A DNA stretch of 38,830 bases from Micrococcales bacterium. Its GTDB lineage: Bacteria; Actinomycetota; Actinomycetes; Actinomycetales; Microbacteriaceae. The position numbers were made by a program, and so were the translations under genes. Where the stretch lies: positions 1 to 38,830 of the forward strand of contig JBJTNZ010000097.1 of the NCBI GenBank assembly GCA_046074345.1, in the 5' to 3' direction. The notes under the pieces were generated by a model. The model made no database searches, had not been told where the DNA came from, and saw nothing but the letters and a program-made list of their open reading frames with translations. Below, one piece after another: positions 29,111 through 38,830 of this stretch; positions within the stretch are counted from its first letter, which is position 1, and each line of letters starts with the position of its first letter.

Positions 29111-30715
29111 TTATAGCGGAATGTTTCCGTGCTTCTTCGGTGGCACTGTCGCACGCTTGGTGCGGAGTGCTCTAAGAGCCTTGATGATCTCGATGCGAGT
29201 GTGAGAAGGTTCGATGATGCCATCCAACTCTCCGCGCTCTGCCGCGAGGAACGGCGATGCAACGTTATAGGTGTATTCGGCCGCGAGCTTGGCACGCACC
29301 TTGGCGATGTCTTCTCCGGCTTCTTCTGCCTTCTTGATTTCGTTGCGATAGAGAATGTTGATTGCACCCTGGCCACCCATCACCGCGATCTCGGCGGTAG
29401 GCCAAGCTAGGTTGATGTCGGCGCCGAGCTGCTTTGATCCCATCACGATGTAAGCGCCGCCGTATGCCTTGCGGGTAATCACGGTGACAAGTGGAACTGT
29501 GGCCTCGGCATACGCGTAAAGCAATTTGGCGCCGCGGCGAATCACGCCGGCCCACTCCTGGTCGGTGCCAGGCAGGTAACCAGGCACATCCACCAAGGTG
29601 AGAATCGGAATTGAGAAAGCATCGCAGAATCGCACGAAGCGAGCAGCCTTTTCACCAGCTTCGATGTTCAGAGTGCCGGCCATTTGCTTCGGCTGGTTGG
29701 CGACGATACCCACACTGCGGCCGTCAACTCGAGCGAAACCAATCAAAATGTTTGGTGCGAATAGCGGCTGAATTTCTAGGAACTCTCCACCATCCACGAG
29801 CGACTCGATGATGGTGTGCATGTCGTAAGGCTGGTTTGGGGAATCCGGAATAATCACGTCGAGTTTGCGATCTTCATCGGTTACCTCGAGCGCGCCTTCG
29901 GCATCGTAAGCAACGGTCTCAGACAAATTGTTTTCCGGCAGGAAGCTAAGTAGTGTGCGTGCGTAATCGATCGCATCTTCTTCGTCGTCGGCTAGGTAGT
30001 GAGCAACTCCAGATGTGGTGTTGTGTGTGCGAGCACCACCGAGTTCTTCCATTCCGACGTCTTCGCCAGTAACCGCTTTGATTACGTCCGGTCCGGTGAC
30101 GAACATGTTTGAAGTTTTGTCGACCATGATTACAAAATCGGTGAGCGCAGGAGAGTAGACAGCACCACCAGCTGCTGGACCCATGATGATAGAAATCTGT
30201 GGGATTACTCCGGAGGCCATAGTGTTGCGCTTGAAAATTTCACCGTACTTACCAAGAGCGATTACACCTTCTTGAATACGCGCTCCACCTGAGTCGAGCA
30301 TTCCGATGATTGGCACACCGGTCGCAATTGCAAGGTCCATTACCTTGATGATTTTGTTTCCAGCGGTCTCACCGAGTGACCCACCAAAAATTGTGAAGTC
30401 CTGAGAGAAGATGGCTACCTGGCGACCATTGATTGTGCCAACTCCGGTGACTACGGCGTCACCGTAAGGTCGGTTCTTGTCCATGCCAAATGCGGTGGAA
30501 CGGTGACGAACGAATTCATCGAGTTCGACGAATGATCCCGGGTCGAGCAGCATCTCGATACGTTCGCGAGCAGTGTGCTTGCCTTTGGCGTGCTGCTTTT
30601 CGACGGCAGCCTCGCCACTGGCGTGAACCGCCTCGTAGTAGCGGTTCTTGAAATCTTGAATTTTGCCAGCTGTGGTCGAAAAGTCTTCGACAGGCTTTGG
30701 GGCTTCGTGGGTCAT
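29111..30715 (-). CDS. pccB: Acyl-CoA carboxylase beta (carboxyltransferase) subunit, PccB/AccD5-like
   Basis: Motifs [38 protein letters not shown] and KKHGNIPL. Start at 30715 (TAGAGT-N7-ATG); the ORF-track extension to 31012 is spurious. Confidence 0.93.
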   Translation of the reverse strand: MTHEAPKPVEDFSTTAGKIQDFKNRYYEAVHASGEAAVEKQHAKGKHTARERIEMLLDPGSFVELDEFVRHRSTAFGMDKNRPYGDAVVTGVGTINGRQVAIFSQDFTIFGGSLGETAGNKIIKVMDLAIATGVPIIGMLDSGGARIQEGVIALGKYGEIFKRNTMASGVIPQISIIMGPAAGGAVYSPALTDFVIMVDKTSNMFVTGPDVIKAVTGEDVGMEELGGARTHNTTSGVAHYLADDEEDAIDYARTLLSFLPENNLSETVAYDAEGALEVTDEDRKLDVIIPDSPNQPYDMHTIIESLVDGGEFLEIQPLFAPNILIGFARVDGRSVGIVANQPKQMAGTLNIEAGEKAARFVRFCDAFSIPILTLVDVPGYLPGTDQEWAGVIRRGAKLLYAYAEATVPLVTVITRKAYGGAYIVMGSKQLGADINLAWPTAEIAVMGGQGAINILYRNEIKKAEEAGEDIAKVRAKLAAEYTYNVASPFLAAERGELDGIIEPSHTRIEIIKALRALRTKRATVPPKKHGNIPL

Positions 30716-30781
30716 AACGGCAACTCTAAACCCAACTTTGAGCCATTCTTTTGAAGATAACCTCCAAGCAAATGTCCGATT

Positions 30782-30803
30782 TCGCTGTGGAATCCCACAG
30801 CGA
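30782..30803. promoter_or_regulatory. Perfect inverted repeat in the pccB/birA divergent promoter (candidate operator)
   Basis: TCGCTGTGG-aatc-CCACAGCGA, immediately upstream of the birA -10 hexamer TAACCT. Confidence 0.5.
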
Positions 30804-30816
30804 CTAACCTTGCCAC

Positions 30817-31584
30817 ATGGACTTTCCACTAGCAGCAGGTCAGACCAGCCACTTTCGCTGGGTCGGAAGTACCGGCTCCACCAACAGCGACCTAATTGCT
30901 CAATCGGCCGAATTACCCGACTTCGCAGTCTTGGTGGCTGGGGAACAGCTGGCTGGGCGAGGCCGTGCCGGGCGTAGTTGGCAGGCACCAGCTGGCAGCT
31001 CGATGATGGCATCGGTCCTGTTGCGACCGAACTCAGTATTGCCGACCCAGTTTTCCTGGTTGCCGCTGATTGCAGGCCTATCGCTGGTTAATGCTGTCTC
31101 GAGTTTCGGAGGTTCGACCAGAGCCCTGGTTAAGTGGCCAAACGATCTTCTGATTGATGACAAAAAAATTGCCGGCGTACTCAGTGAGGCGCTCCCTGAT
31201 TTTTCTGGCGTGGTAATCGGCACTGGACTCAATGTCTTTCAAACCACCGAGCAACTTCCAGTGGAAACCGCAACTTCGTTGGCGATTGCCGGAATCAACG
31301 TGCCGAGTATCGATGCAGTGCTAGCCGAGTACCTAAAACAACTTCGCAAAAACTATGCAGAGTTCATCGCCTGCGGTGGTGAACTTGCTGGCACCGATTT
31401 ATTGCAGGCAATTAAAAATGCTTGCACGACAATTGGTCGTCAGGTGCGTGCCATTATGCCCGGTGATAAAGAACTGGTTGGTGAGGCTGTCGACATCGAT
31501 GATCTCGGTCGAATCGTAATTGCGCACGATGGTAAACACACTCCGGTTTCAGTCGGAGATATCGTTCACCTGCGACACAATTAA
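30817..31584 (+). CDS. birA: Biotin--[acetyl-CoA-carboxylase] ligase (no HTH)
   Basis: Motifs [26 protein letters not shown] and GTGLN. Confidence 0.95.
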   Translation: MDFPLAAGQTSHFRWVGSTGSTNSDLIAQSAELPDFAVLVAGEQLAGRGRAGRSWQAPAGSSMMASVLLRPNSVLPTQFSWLPLIAGLSLVNAVSSFGGSTRALVKWPNDLLIDDKKIAGVLSEALPDFSGVVIGTGLNVFQTTEQLPVETATSLAIAGINVPSIDAVLAEYLKQLRKNYAEFIACGGELAGTDLLQAIKNACTTIGRQVRAIMPGDKELVGEAVDIDDLGRIVIAHDGKHTPVSVGDIVHLRHN

Positions 31585-31587
31585 CAG

Positions 31588-32007
31588 GTGAGTTTTCAAG
31601 CAGAAGAGTATTTAGGTAGATTGCGCAAGAGCGCGGTCTCACTTTTTCTGCCGACGCTGGTTTTATTCGTTTCCGCGGCAGTGGCGAGTTACGTTTCCAA
31701 TATCGCGATGGAGCAGTGGGTGTACTTCACGGTTCTGACTATTTGTGGATTGGCGGCAGCGCTGCTTTGGCTGGTGCCAGTTATTCGTCACCTGAGTTTT
31801 TACGTGGACCTAACCAATGCGAGAGTCACAATTCGACGTGGCTTATTTGGTGGCCAGACGATTGACCTGGCCTGGGGCGAAATAAGTGAAATTACTTTTG
31901 CCAAGGGTCGCAAGATTGTGATCCAGCCACGCTCTGGCGAAGCAATCGAGCTGGACGGCATGCCGCAGCCGAAGAAACTCGCGGCCACCCTGCGCGCGCA
32001 CCTATAA
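31588..32007 (+). CDS. Membrane protein with bacterial PH domain
   Basis: Two TM segments, then LTNARVTIRRGLFG; typical position between birA and purK. Confidence 0.75.
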   Translation: MSFQAEEYLGRLRKSAVSLFLPTLVLFVSAAVASYVSNIAMEQWVYFTVLTICGLAAALLWLVPVIRHLSFYVDLTNARVTIRRGLFGGQTIDLAWGEISEITFAKGRKIVIQPRSGEAIELDGMPQPKKLAATLRAHL

Positions 32008-32025
32008 ATAAGCGACAATAGAGGT

Positions 32026-33162
32026 ATGAAAACCCCTCGAATTGGCGCGATTGGCGGCGGCCAGCTGGCTCGCATGATGACGCCACCAGCCATTCATCTG
32101 GGTATCGATTTGAAAGTTCTCGCTGAGGCCGAAGGCGCTTCTGCTGGCAATGCAGTATCGATGGTCGGCGACTACAACCAAATTGAAACCGTTCAGGCTT
32201 TTGCTGATTCGGTTGACGTGATTACCTTCGATCACGAACACGTTCCGCTAGATGTGCTTCGCGTTTTGGAAGCCGCCGGGGTTAGTGTGCAGCCACCTTC
32301 AAAGGCTCTAGCTTTTGCGCAAAATAAATTGCACATGCGAAAACGACTCAGTGAATTGAATCTTCCGATGCCGCGCTGGGCTGAGATTCAGAATCCAGAA
32401 CAGTTGACCGAATTCATCGACGCCAACGGTGGAGTTGCAATATTGAAAACCCCAATTGGTGGTTACGACGGCAAGGGTGTTCGAGTAGTGCGCAGCGCCA
32501 GCGATGCCGCGGAATGGTTTGACAACATCTCGAGTTTTGGTGGCAGTCTGCTGGCTGAGCAAAAAGTTAATTTTGTCGGTGAGGTGGCTCAATTATCCGC
32601 TCGCACTCCAAGCGGCGAATTCAAAGCTTGGCCATTGGTCGAGACGATTCAAGAAAATGGAGTTTGCGCTACCGTCATTGCACCTCGTCCGACCACCTCA
32701 AAAGCGATGTTTGATCAGGCACTCGAAATTGCCAAGACCATCGCGGATGGACTTGGCGTCACTGGAGTACTTGCCGTAGAAATGTTTGTCACCGCCGATG
32801 ACGAGCTGTTGATTAATGAACTAGCAATGCGTCCGCACAATTCTGGTCACTTCTCTATCGAGGGATCGGTGACCTCACAGTTTGAACAACACCTTCGCGC
32901 GGTTCTGGATCTTCCGCTCGGTGACACGAGCATGCGAGGGGAGTGGTCGGTCATGATCAATTTGCTCGGAGTCGACGACAAGAACACATTTGTCGGTAAC
33001 TTCGACAGGGCGATGAGACTGCACCCGCAGGCGAAGCTGCACACCTACGGCAAAGGGGCAAGGCTCGGTCGCAAGATGGGGCACGTCACCGTGGTTGCCG
33101 ATGATTTGGAATTTGCTCTAAACGAAGCCAAGGCCGCTGCAGCGGTGTTGCTACAGGGTTAG
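32026..33162 (+). CDS. purK: N5-CAIR synthase
   Basis: Motifs GGGQLARM, TFDHE, GGYDGKG, NELAMRPHNSGH, SQFEQH and RKMGH. Confidence 0.96.
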   Translation: MKTPRIGAIGGGQLARMMTPPAIHLGIDLKVLAEAEGASAGNAVSMVGDYNQIETVQAFADSVDVITFDHEHVPLDVLRVLEAAGVSVQPPSKALAFAQNKLHMRKRLSELNLPMPRWAEIQNPEQLTEFIDANGGVAILKTPIGGYDGKGVRVVRSASDAAEWFDNISSFGGSLLAEQKVNFVGEVAQLSARTPSGEFKAWPLVETIQENGVCATVIAPRPTTSKAMFDQALEIAKTIADGLGVTGVLAVEMFVTADDELLINELAMRPHNSGHFSIEGSVTSQFEQHLRAVLDLPLGDTSMRGEWSVMINLLGVDDKNTFVGNFDRAMRLHPQAKLHTYGKGARLGRKMGHVTVVADDLEFALNEAKAAAAVLLQG

Positions 33163-33208
33163 TTTGAGCGCCAAGCCTAAAATTTAGGTTGGAAAGCAAG
33201 GAGCCCGC

Positions 33209-33706
33209 ATGTCTAATCACCCGCTAGTTGGCGTTGTCATGGGCTCAGATTCTGACTGGTCGGTAATGTCCGATGCGGTTCAGGTGCTCAGAGAATTTGG
33301 AATTGAAGCAGAGGTCGAAGTGCTTTCGGCGCACCGCACTCCAGAACGAATGATCGAGTGGGGCAAGGCTGCGGCTGGAGCCGGGTTCAAGGTAATCATT
33401 GCCGGTGCAGGTGGAGCAGCTCACCTACCGGGCATGTTGGCATCGGTGACTTCGCTTCCGGTAATCGGTGTGCCAGTAGCTTTGGCGAAACTCGACGGCA
33501 TGGATTCACTGCTTTCTATCGTTCAGATGCCAGCAGGAATTCCAGTGGCGACAGTTTCAATCAATGGAGCTAAGAACGCCGGTATTTTGGCAGCTCGAAT
33601 TCTCGGTGCCTTCGACGAAAAACTTTCTGCGCAGTTACTTGCTTACGGTGAGTCACTCAAAGACCAGGTCGCTGAGAAGAATGCGAAATTAAAATCGCAA
33701 CTCTAA
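33209..33706 (+). CDS. purE: N5-CAIR mutase
   Basis: Motifs [22 protein letters not shown] and [11 protein letters not shown]; SD AAGGAG. Confidence 0.97.
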   Translation: MSNHPLVGVVMGSDSDWSVMSDAVQVLREFGIEAEVEVLSAHRTPERMIEWGKAAAGAGFKVIIAGAGGAAHLPGMLASVTSLPVIGVPVALAKLDGMDSLLSIVQMPAGIPVATVSINGAKNAGILAARILGAFDEKLSAQLLAYGESLKDQVAEKNAKLKSQL

Positions 33707-33765
33707 ATCGCGCACCAGCTTCACGTTCACCGTTTCGCAATATCGATCGCGCCACTCCAGAGCAA

Positions 33766-35046
33766 ATGCGCAAGCGTGCCTGGTGGCTCATCATTCTTAC
33801 TCTCGTAGTGCCAGGCTCGGCACAGTTGGTTGCCGGTAATCGCAAGCTTGCCCGCATCGGTGTCACCGCGACCCTGGGTTTCTGGGGAATGTTTTTACTC
33901 GGTTCGCTAATCGGTTTGATTAATAAAACCTGGTTGGTTTGGATCATCACGATTCCGGTTTTGGTCGGTGTGCTTTCACTTCTACTTTTTATTTACGCTG
34001 TGCTGTTTGCCTTCTTGGCGCTTGACACCCTGCGTTTGATTCGCATGAATCGTCTCTACTCGCGCGATCGCTGGATTGCGCTTGGCGGGCTGGTTGCCGC
34101 GGCAATACTGGGCACTAGCGCCATCTCTTGGGCGGGAAACACCGCGGGAGTCTCGGCCGGATTCATCGGCAACATCTTCAACCAGAGCGGATTTACTTCA
34201 CCGGCGGATGGTCGTTACAACATCATGCTGCTCGGTGGCGACTCCGGTCGCGATCGTTTTGGACTGCGACCAGACAGCATTTCGGTGATCAGTATTGATG
34301 CGAGCACCGGTCACGTGGTCAACATCGGAATTCCACGCAACTTGCAGCGTGTAAGTTTTTCATATGGCTCACCAATGCTTTCGGTTTATCCGAACGGTTG
34401 GAACTGCGGTGTGGACTGTTTGATAAATGCGATTTATAAAGATGTCACAGACAATCACAGCAAGCTGTATCCGGAAGCTGCGAGTCACGGATCCACACCT
34501 GGAATCGAAGCGACCCGCGATGCAGTCGAATACGTGACCGGACTCCAGATTCAGAGTTATGTGCTGGTAGATATGGCGGCGTTCACACAGTTGATTGATT
34601 CCCTTGGTGGAATTGATATCAACGTGCAGCAGCGACTTCCAATCGGCGGCCAGAAGGAAGACCTTTCTGACGTCAAGGGTTGGATCGAAGCCGGCCCACA
34701 GCACATGGATGGTTATCACGCACTTTGGTATGCGCGTTCTCGTCACAGCACAACCGACTATGACCGCATGCGTCGACAGCACGAAGTTGAAGCTGCAGTG
34801 CTGAAGCAGATGGATCCAGCCAACGTGCTCACTCGATTCCAGTCGATTGCCGGCGCGGGAGAAAAACTCGTCAAGACCGATATTCCTTCGGGCATGCTTG
34901 CGACTTACGTTGATCTTGCCATTCAAGCCAAGTCGCAGGGGATTACCTCGGTCGAATTGGTGCCGCCAAATGTCAACGTGATTCACCCAAATTGGGATGA
35001 AATCCACGCGATGATCAAAAAGGCGTTTGCCGCCAAGTCGAAATAG
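33766..35046 (+). CDS. LytR-CpsA-Psr (LCP) family wall-polymer ligase
   Basis: N-terminal TM segments; NIMLLGGD, RPDSI, IPRN, ALWYARSR and DYDRMRRQ. The true start may lie upstream (see findings). Confidence 0.92.
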   Translation: MRKRAWWLIILTLVVPGSAQLVAGNRKLARIGVTATLGFWGMFLLGSLIGLINKTWLVWIITIPVLVGVLSLLLFIYAVLFAFLALDTLRLIRMNRLYSRDRWIALGGLVAAAILGTSAISWAGNTAGVSAGFIGNIFNQSGFTSPADGRYNIMLLGGDSGRDRFGLRPDSISVISIDASTGHVVNIGIPRNLQRVSFSYGSPMLSVYPNGWNCGVDCLINAIYKDVTDNHSKLYPEAASHGSTPGIEATRDAVEYVTGLQIQSYVLVDMAAFTQLIDSLGGIDINVQQRLPIGGQKEDLSDVKGWIEAGPQHMDGYHALWYARSRHSTTDYDRMRRQHEVEAAVLKQMDPANVLTRFQSIAGAGEKLVKTDIPSGMLATYVDLAIQAKSQGITSVELVPPNVNVIHPNWDEIHAMIKKAFAAKSK

Positions 35047-35066
35047 CCCTCGGCTAAACTTTGAGC

Positions 35067-35915
35067 ATGTCGCTCGCTGAGTATGCAAAAGAGCACGGCC
35101 TCAAGCGGGTCGGAGCCCGCGAGCCATTCTTTGAATACCTAAAGCACGCCTGGCAGCGCCGCGATTTCGCGTACATCATGGCGCTTTACACAAACCAGGC
35201 CAACAACGCTAAGAACCGCCTTGGTCGGTGGTGGATCGTTTTGCTTCCAACCATTCAAGCTGCGGTCTACGGGCTCATCTTTGGTGTGCTGCTTGGAAGC
35301 AGTCGACCAGAGAATTTCATCCCATACCTTTTCACCGGCGTATTCCTGTTTTCGTTCTTGCAGGGAACCTTTGCCTCGGGTGCCACCGCGGTCACCGGAA
35401 ATCTCGGCTTGGTGCGTTCGCTAAGTTTTCCTCGAATTCTGCTTCCGGCTAACGCCGTGATTCAGCAAATCTTTTCGCTACTTCCTCAGCTCGGATTACT
35501 GCTCGTGACTTTGCTCGCATTTCAGCAGCCGATTACCTGGAATTGGTTCGCACTAATTCCAATCGTGATTCTGATGATCATGTTTGGTTTCGGACTCGCC
35601 ACTATATCTGCACGAATGACCGTGCATGTGGCCGACCTAAACAAGCTAATCCCGTTCGTCACACGAATCGTTTTCTATGTCAGTGGAATTTTCTTCAGCA
35701 TGGAAAAAGTATTAGCCAACTATCCAGTTGCACTGCAGATTGCAAAGTTGAATCCGGTTTACGTTTACATTTCGTTAGCACGTGGTGCTGTGGTCGATGG
35801 CTACAGCATGACCGCAGAACTTTGGGTTTCAGCCATCTCCTGGGCCTTCGGTACTTTGCTGGTCGGCTTGTGGTTCTTCTGGAAAGCGGAGGAGCGTTAT
35901 GGCCGCGAAATCTAA
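35067..35915 (+). CDS. ABC-2 permease, teichoic acid/polysaccharide export (TagG/Wzm-like)
   Basis: Six TM segments; LGRWW, SLSFPR, FYVSGIFF and LNP. Start supported by TAAACT-N6-ATG. Confidence 0.9.
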   Translation: MSLAEYAKEHGLKRVGAREPFFEYLKHAWQRRDFAYIMALYTNQANNAKNRLGRWWIVLLPTIQAAVYGLIFGVLLGSSRPENFIPYLFTGVFLFSFLQGTFASGATAVTGNLGLVRSLSFPRILLPANAVIQQIFSLLPQLGLLLVTLLAFQQPITWNWFALIPIVILMIMFGFGLATISARMTVHVADLNKLIPFVTRIVFYVSGIFFSMEKVLANYPVALQIAKLNPVYVYISLARGAVVDGYSMTAELWVSAISWAFGTLLVGLWFFWKAEERYGREI

Positions 35916-36672
35916 GGTTTCTCAGAAGCCGGTTGTCGTTGTCGATGATGTGCACATCGTTTACAAAGTATTTGCAAGTGGTCGTCGTGCGACTCGCGGC
36001 TCGGCCGGTGGTGGACTCTTTGCTCGTAAGCTCGGGCTCCGCGAAGTACATGCGGTAAAGGGTGTCAGCTTTACCGTCTTCGAGGGCGAATCGATCGGCA
36101 TCATCGGCAGTAATGGCTCTGGTAAGTCGAGCCTGATGACCGCTATCGCTGGGCTAAACCCGGTCGAGCGCGGCTCGATCTATGCCTCTGCACGCCCGAT
36201 GCTGCTTGGCGTTGGCGCTGTCTTGCTGCCAGCAATCTCCGGTCTCAAGAACATCTTGCTCGGCGGTCTAGCCATGGGCTACAGCCGCAAGGAAATCGCT
36301 GCCTCGGCAGATGCCATAACAAAGTTCGCTGGGCTGGAGGAGTTCATCGACCTTCCGATGAAGACTTATTCGTCTGGAATGTCAGCGCGCTTGCGTTTTT
36401 CAATTGCGGCATCGCGCGATCACGACATCTTGATTATTGATGAGGCACTCGCAGTGGGTGACCAGGAATTCCGCAATCGCTCAGAGGCCCGCATGCGCCA
36501 ACTTCGTGACAACGCGGGAACCGTTTTCTTGGTAAGTCACTCGATGAAGTCGATTCTCGATACCTGTACTCGAGTCATCTGGATTGAAAAGGGCGAGCTC
36601 AAGATGGATGGCGATCCGAAGAAGGTTGTCGCCGCTTACAACAAGCACACCGGCTCTACCACCATTGACTAA
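35899..36672 (+). CDS. ABC ATP-binding protein (TagH/Wzt-like)
   Basis: Walker A GSNGSGKS, signature YSSGM, IIDE, VGD..F and VSH. Confidence 0.92.
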   Translation: MAAKSKVSQKPVVVVDDVHIVYKVFASGRRATRGSAGGGLFARKLGLREVHAVKGVSFTVFEGESIGIIGSNGSGKSSLMTAIAGLNPVERGSIYASARPMLLGVGAVLLPAISGLKNILLGGLAMGYSRKEIAASADAITKFAGLEEFIDLPMKTYSSGMSARLRFSIAASRDHDILIIDEALAVGDQEFRNRSEARMRQLRDNAGTVFLVSHSMKSILDTCTRVIWIEKGELKMDGDPKKVVAAYNKHTGSTTID

Positions 36673-37679
36673 TGGCTGCGAAAAAGACACTTCCACCAAT
36701 CAGCATCCTGATGCCGGTGCTGAATGAAGAGGGTCACCTCGCAGCGTCGGTCGAAAGTATTTTGGCGCAGAGCTATCCGAGTGCCATGGAATTGATTCTT
36801 GCGCTCGGTCCATCACATGATCAGACCAATGCAATTGCAAAAAATCTCGCGAAGCAAGACAAGCGCATCAAGCTCATGGACAATCCACGAGGATTAACCA
36901 CGGTCGGACTAAACGCTGCAATAAAGATTGCAAAGCACGATTACATAATTCGCATCGATGCCCACAGCGAACCGGCAGAAGGATATTTCGAGAACGGCAT
37001 TCGCATTCTGCTCGAGCAGGATGCTGATGAACTAGGCGGCATCATGGATGCTCAGGGCCGAAGCGCATTTCAGAAGGCTGTCGCCTTTGCCTACAAGTCA
37101 CGATTCGGCATCGGCGGAGCCGCGTATCACGTGGGTGGACAAGCCGGCGAGGCCGAAAGCGCCTATCTAGGGATTTTCAAAAAGTCTGCTCTCGAGAGAG
37201 TCGGCGGATATGACGAAGGCATTATTCGCGGCGAGGACTGGGATCTGGCCCAGCGCATCAAGGCCACCGGCGGAAAGGTTTGGTTCTCTCCGGAGTTGCG
37301 AGTGGTCTATTGGCCGAGGGGTCGCTTCGGCAAACTCACCAAGCAGTTCTATTCGACCGGAGTTTGGCGGGGAGATCTGAGTCGCCGCGACCCGGCGGCG
37401 GCCTCAAAGCGTTACTGGGTGCCGCCAATTCTGGTGGCTGGCAGCCTTGCCGGGTTGGTGCTTCTGGCCTTCGGTAACTGGCAGGGCATCCTGCCGATTG
37501 CGCTCTATCTACTAGGCGTGGCTTTCGTCGCGGTGACCGCTTCTGGGCTTAGCCTCAAGTCGCGTGCCGCACTCGTGGTGGCTCTGGCAACCATGCATTT
37601 CAGCTGGGGCTGGGGTTTTGTTATTGGTTTTCTTCGCGGAGCCAGCGGCACGATTGATCGCAGTCGAGTAAGAAAGTAG
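36672..37679 (+). CDS. Family 2 glycosyltransferase
   Basis: Motifs MPVLNEE, GLNAAI, RIDAH, GGYDE...GED; C-terminal TM segments. Confidence 0.9.
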   Translation: MAAKKTLPPISILMPVLNEEGHLAASVESILAQSYPSAMELILALGPSHDQTNAIAKNLAKQDKRIKLMDNPRGLTTVGLNAAIKIAKHDYIIRIDAHSEPAEGYFENGIRILLEQDADELGGIMDAQGRSAFQKAVAFAYKSRFGIGGAAYHVGGQAGEAESAYLGIFKKSALERVGGYDEGIIRGEDWDLAQRIKATGGKVWFSPELRVVYWPRGRFGKLTKQFYSTGVWRGDLSRRDPAAASKRYWVPPILVAGSLAGLVLLAFGNWQGILPIALYLLGVAFVAVTASGLSLKSRAALVVALATMHFSWGWGFVIGFLRGASGTIDRSRVRK

Positions 37680-37684
37680 TAGCC

Positions 37685-38830
37685 GTGAACCAAATCAAAC
37701 GCCTACTCAAGACCTACTCTCCGACCAGAGTGCTTGGTGCACTTCGACGTCGTCGCTCAGACTGGATGCGAAAACTGCAGTATCGCCCGCAGGCCACGAA
37801 GACTCTGCGTGAAGCAGTCTTATTTGAGTCATTTCAGGGCAAGGTAATTGGCGACAATCCGCTAGATATTTTCAACGAGGTCAAGTCGCGATTCCCGAAT
37901 CTCGAATTAATCTGGACCACCGGAAAGGGCACCCAGGCACCAGTTGGAGCGCGCGGAGTGCGCTTCGGTTCGCGCGATTGGTTGCAGGCGCTCGCCACAT
38001 CTAAATACCTCGTCAACAACACGAACTTTCCTTGGTACTTCAGAAAAGTGCCCGGACAGATTTACTTGCAAACTTGGCACGGCACACCACTGAAACGTCT
38101 TGGCCGCGACATCCCAAATAATTATTTGACCAAGAGCTACTTAGACACCATGGATCGCGAAGCGACCTTCTGGAATTATTTGATTTCACCTTCGCCGTTT
38201 TGTACTGAAATTTTCCCTGGCTCTTTTGGCTATAGCGGAAACATCATCGAAACCGGATATCCGCGTAATGATCGACTCAGCAAAATCACCGGAGCACAAA
38301 GACAGGAAATTCGCGAACGCATCGGTGTGAGCAATCCGAGTACATTCATCGTGATGTACGCGCCAACCTGGCGCGACTACAACCGCAGTGCAACAGGTAA
38401 TTGGCAGTCGGTGAACTTCATGGATGAAAACATTGAACTGCCCGAGGGCTTCCAAATGATTTACCGTGGCCACACGAATACTCACGCGGTGCACAGCAAA
38501 GCCGTCGCCGGGCGGGCTATTAACGTGACCCTGTATCCGGATGTCACTGAGCTTTACATCGCAGCCGACGTGCTGATCACCGACTTTTCGTCGGTCATGT
38601 TTGATTACACAGTCACCGGCAAGCCAATCATGTTCCTTGCACCCGACCTCGAACGCTACCGCTCCGAGCGCGGCTTCTACTTTGACTTTGAGGCACTTGC
38701 GCCCGGGCCAATTCTCAACAGCGACACCGAAGTACTCCAGGCACTTGGCCGAATCGATCAGGTCAGCAAGCTGTATGAGCCGCGCTACCGCGCCTGGCAG
38801 GAGAAGTTCAATTCGCTCGAAGACGGCAAT
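37685..38830 (+). CDS. CDP-glycerol glycerophosphotransferase (TagF-like), partial, running off the window
   Basis: Not in the ORF track because there is no stop in the window. Translated by hand from GTG 37685: VLFESFQGKVIGDNP, QTWHGTPLK, GYPRND, YAPTWRD, LITDFSSVMFDY. Confidence 0.92.
   Translation, partial: MNQIKRLLKTYSPTRVLGALRRRRSDWMRKLQYRPQATKTLREAVLFESFQGKVIGDNPLDIFNEVKSRFPNLELIWTTGKGTQAPVGARGVRFGSRDWLQALATSKYLVNNTNFPWYFRKVPGQIYLQTWHGTPLKRLGRDIPNNYLTKSYLDTMDREATFWNYLISPSPFCTEIFPGSFGYSGNIIETGYPRNDRLSKITGAQRQEIRERIGVSNPSTFIVMYAPTWRDYNRSATGNWQSVNFMDENIELPEGFQMIYRGHTNTHAVHSKAVAGRAINVTLYPDVTELYIAADVLITDFSSVMFDYTVTGKPIMFLAPDLERYRSERGFYFDFEALAPGPILNSDTEVLQALGRIDQVSKLYEPRYRAWQEKFNSLEDGN

Noticed and set aside
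30716-31012. 99-aa N-terminal extension of the carboxylase beta ORF
   Set aside because: It overlaps birA antisense and has no family similarity; a -10 hexamer supports the ATG at 30715.
34369-35088. 239-aa minus-strand ORF
   Set aside because: Shadow of the LCP gene, with no motifs.
1-38830. CRISPR arrays, tRNA/rRNA, IS elements, prophage or defence genes
   Set aside because: No such repeats or motifs were seen. Nearly all of the sequence is explained by CDSs, and the intergenic gaps are too short.

Overview
A densely coded, roughly mid-50s %GC (estimated by eye) actinobacterial chromosome segment. Gene content, order and compactness suggest a streamlined freshwater Microbacteriaceae such as Rhodoluna or Aquiluna (inference). 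From left to right: the 3' end of a multi-FN3 protein, a bidirectional terminator, and an FMN-riboswitch-controlled ribD-ribE-ribBA-ribH operon ending in a translationally coupled 4-TM membrane gene. Next is a divergent five-gene sugar operon (split transketolase, FGGY kinase, xylose-isomerase-like enzyme, SorC/DeoR regulator) that best fits the non-oxidative D-apiose pathway (AptAB/AplK/ApsI) but carries no transporter. Then come trpS, xth, a Tat-exported atypical Rieske protein 3 bp downstream of sdhCDAB, manC, an orphan divergent BMP lipoprotein, add, pnp, lpdA, acyl-CoA carboxylase alpha, maf and a TRAM RNA methyltransferase. These are followed by a sensor kinase plus kinase-like membrane pair with no response regulator, DUF885, carboxylase epsilon and beta, birA, a PH-domain protein, purK and purE. 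The window ends in a teichoic-acid-type wall polymer locus (LCP, ABC-2 permease and ATPase, GT2, TagF-like protein running off the end). Many genes look leaderless. No tRNA, rRNA, CRISPR array or mobile element was seen. All calls come from motif recognition and recall; no database search was run.
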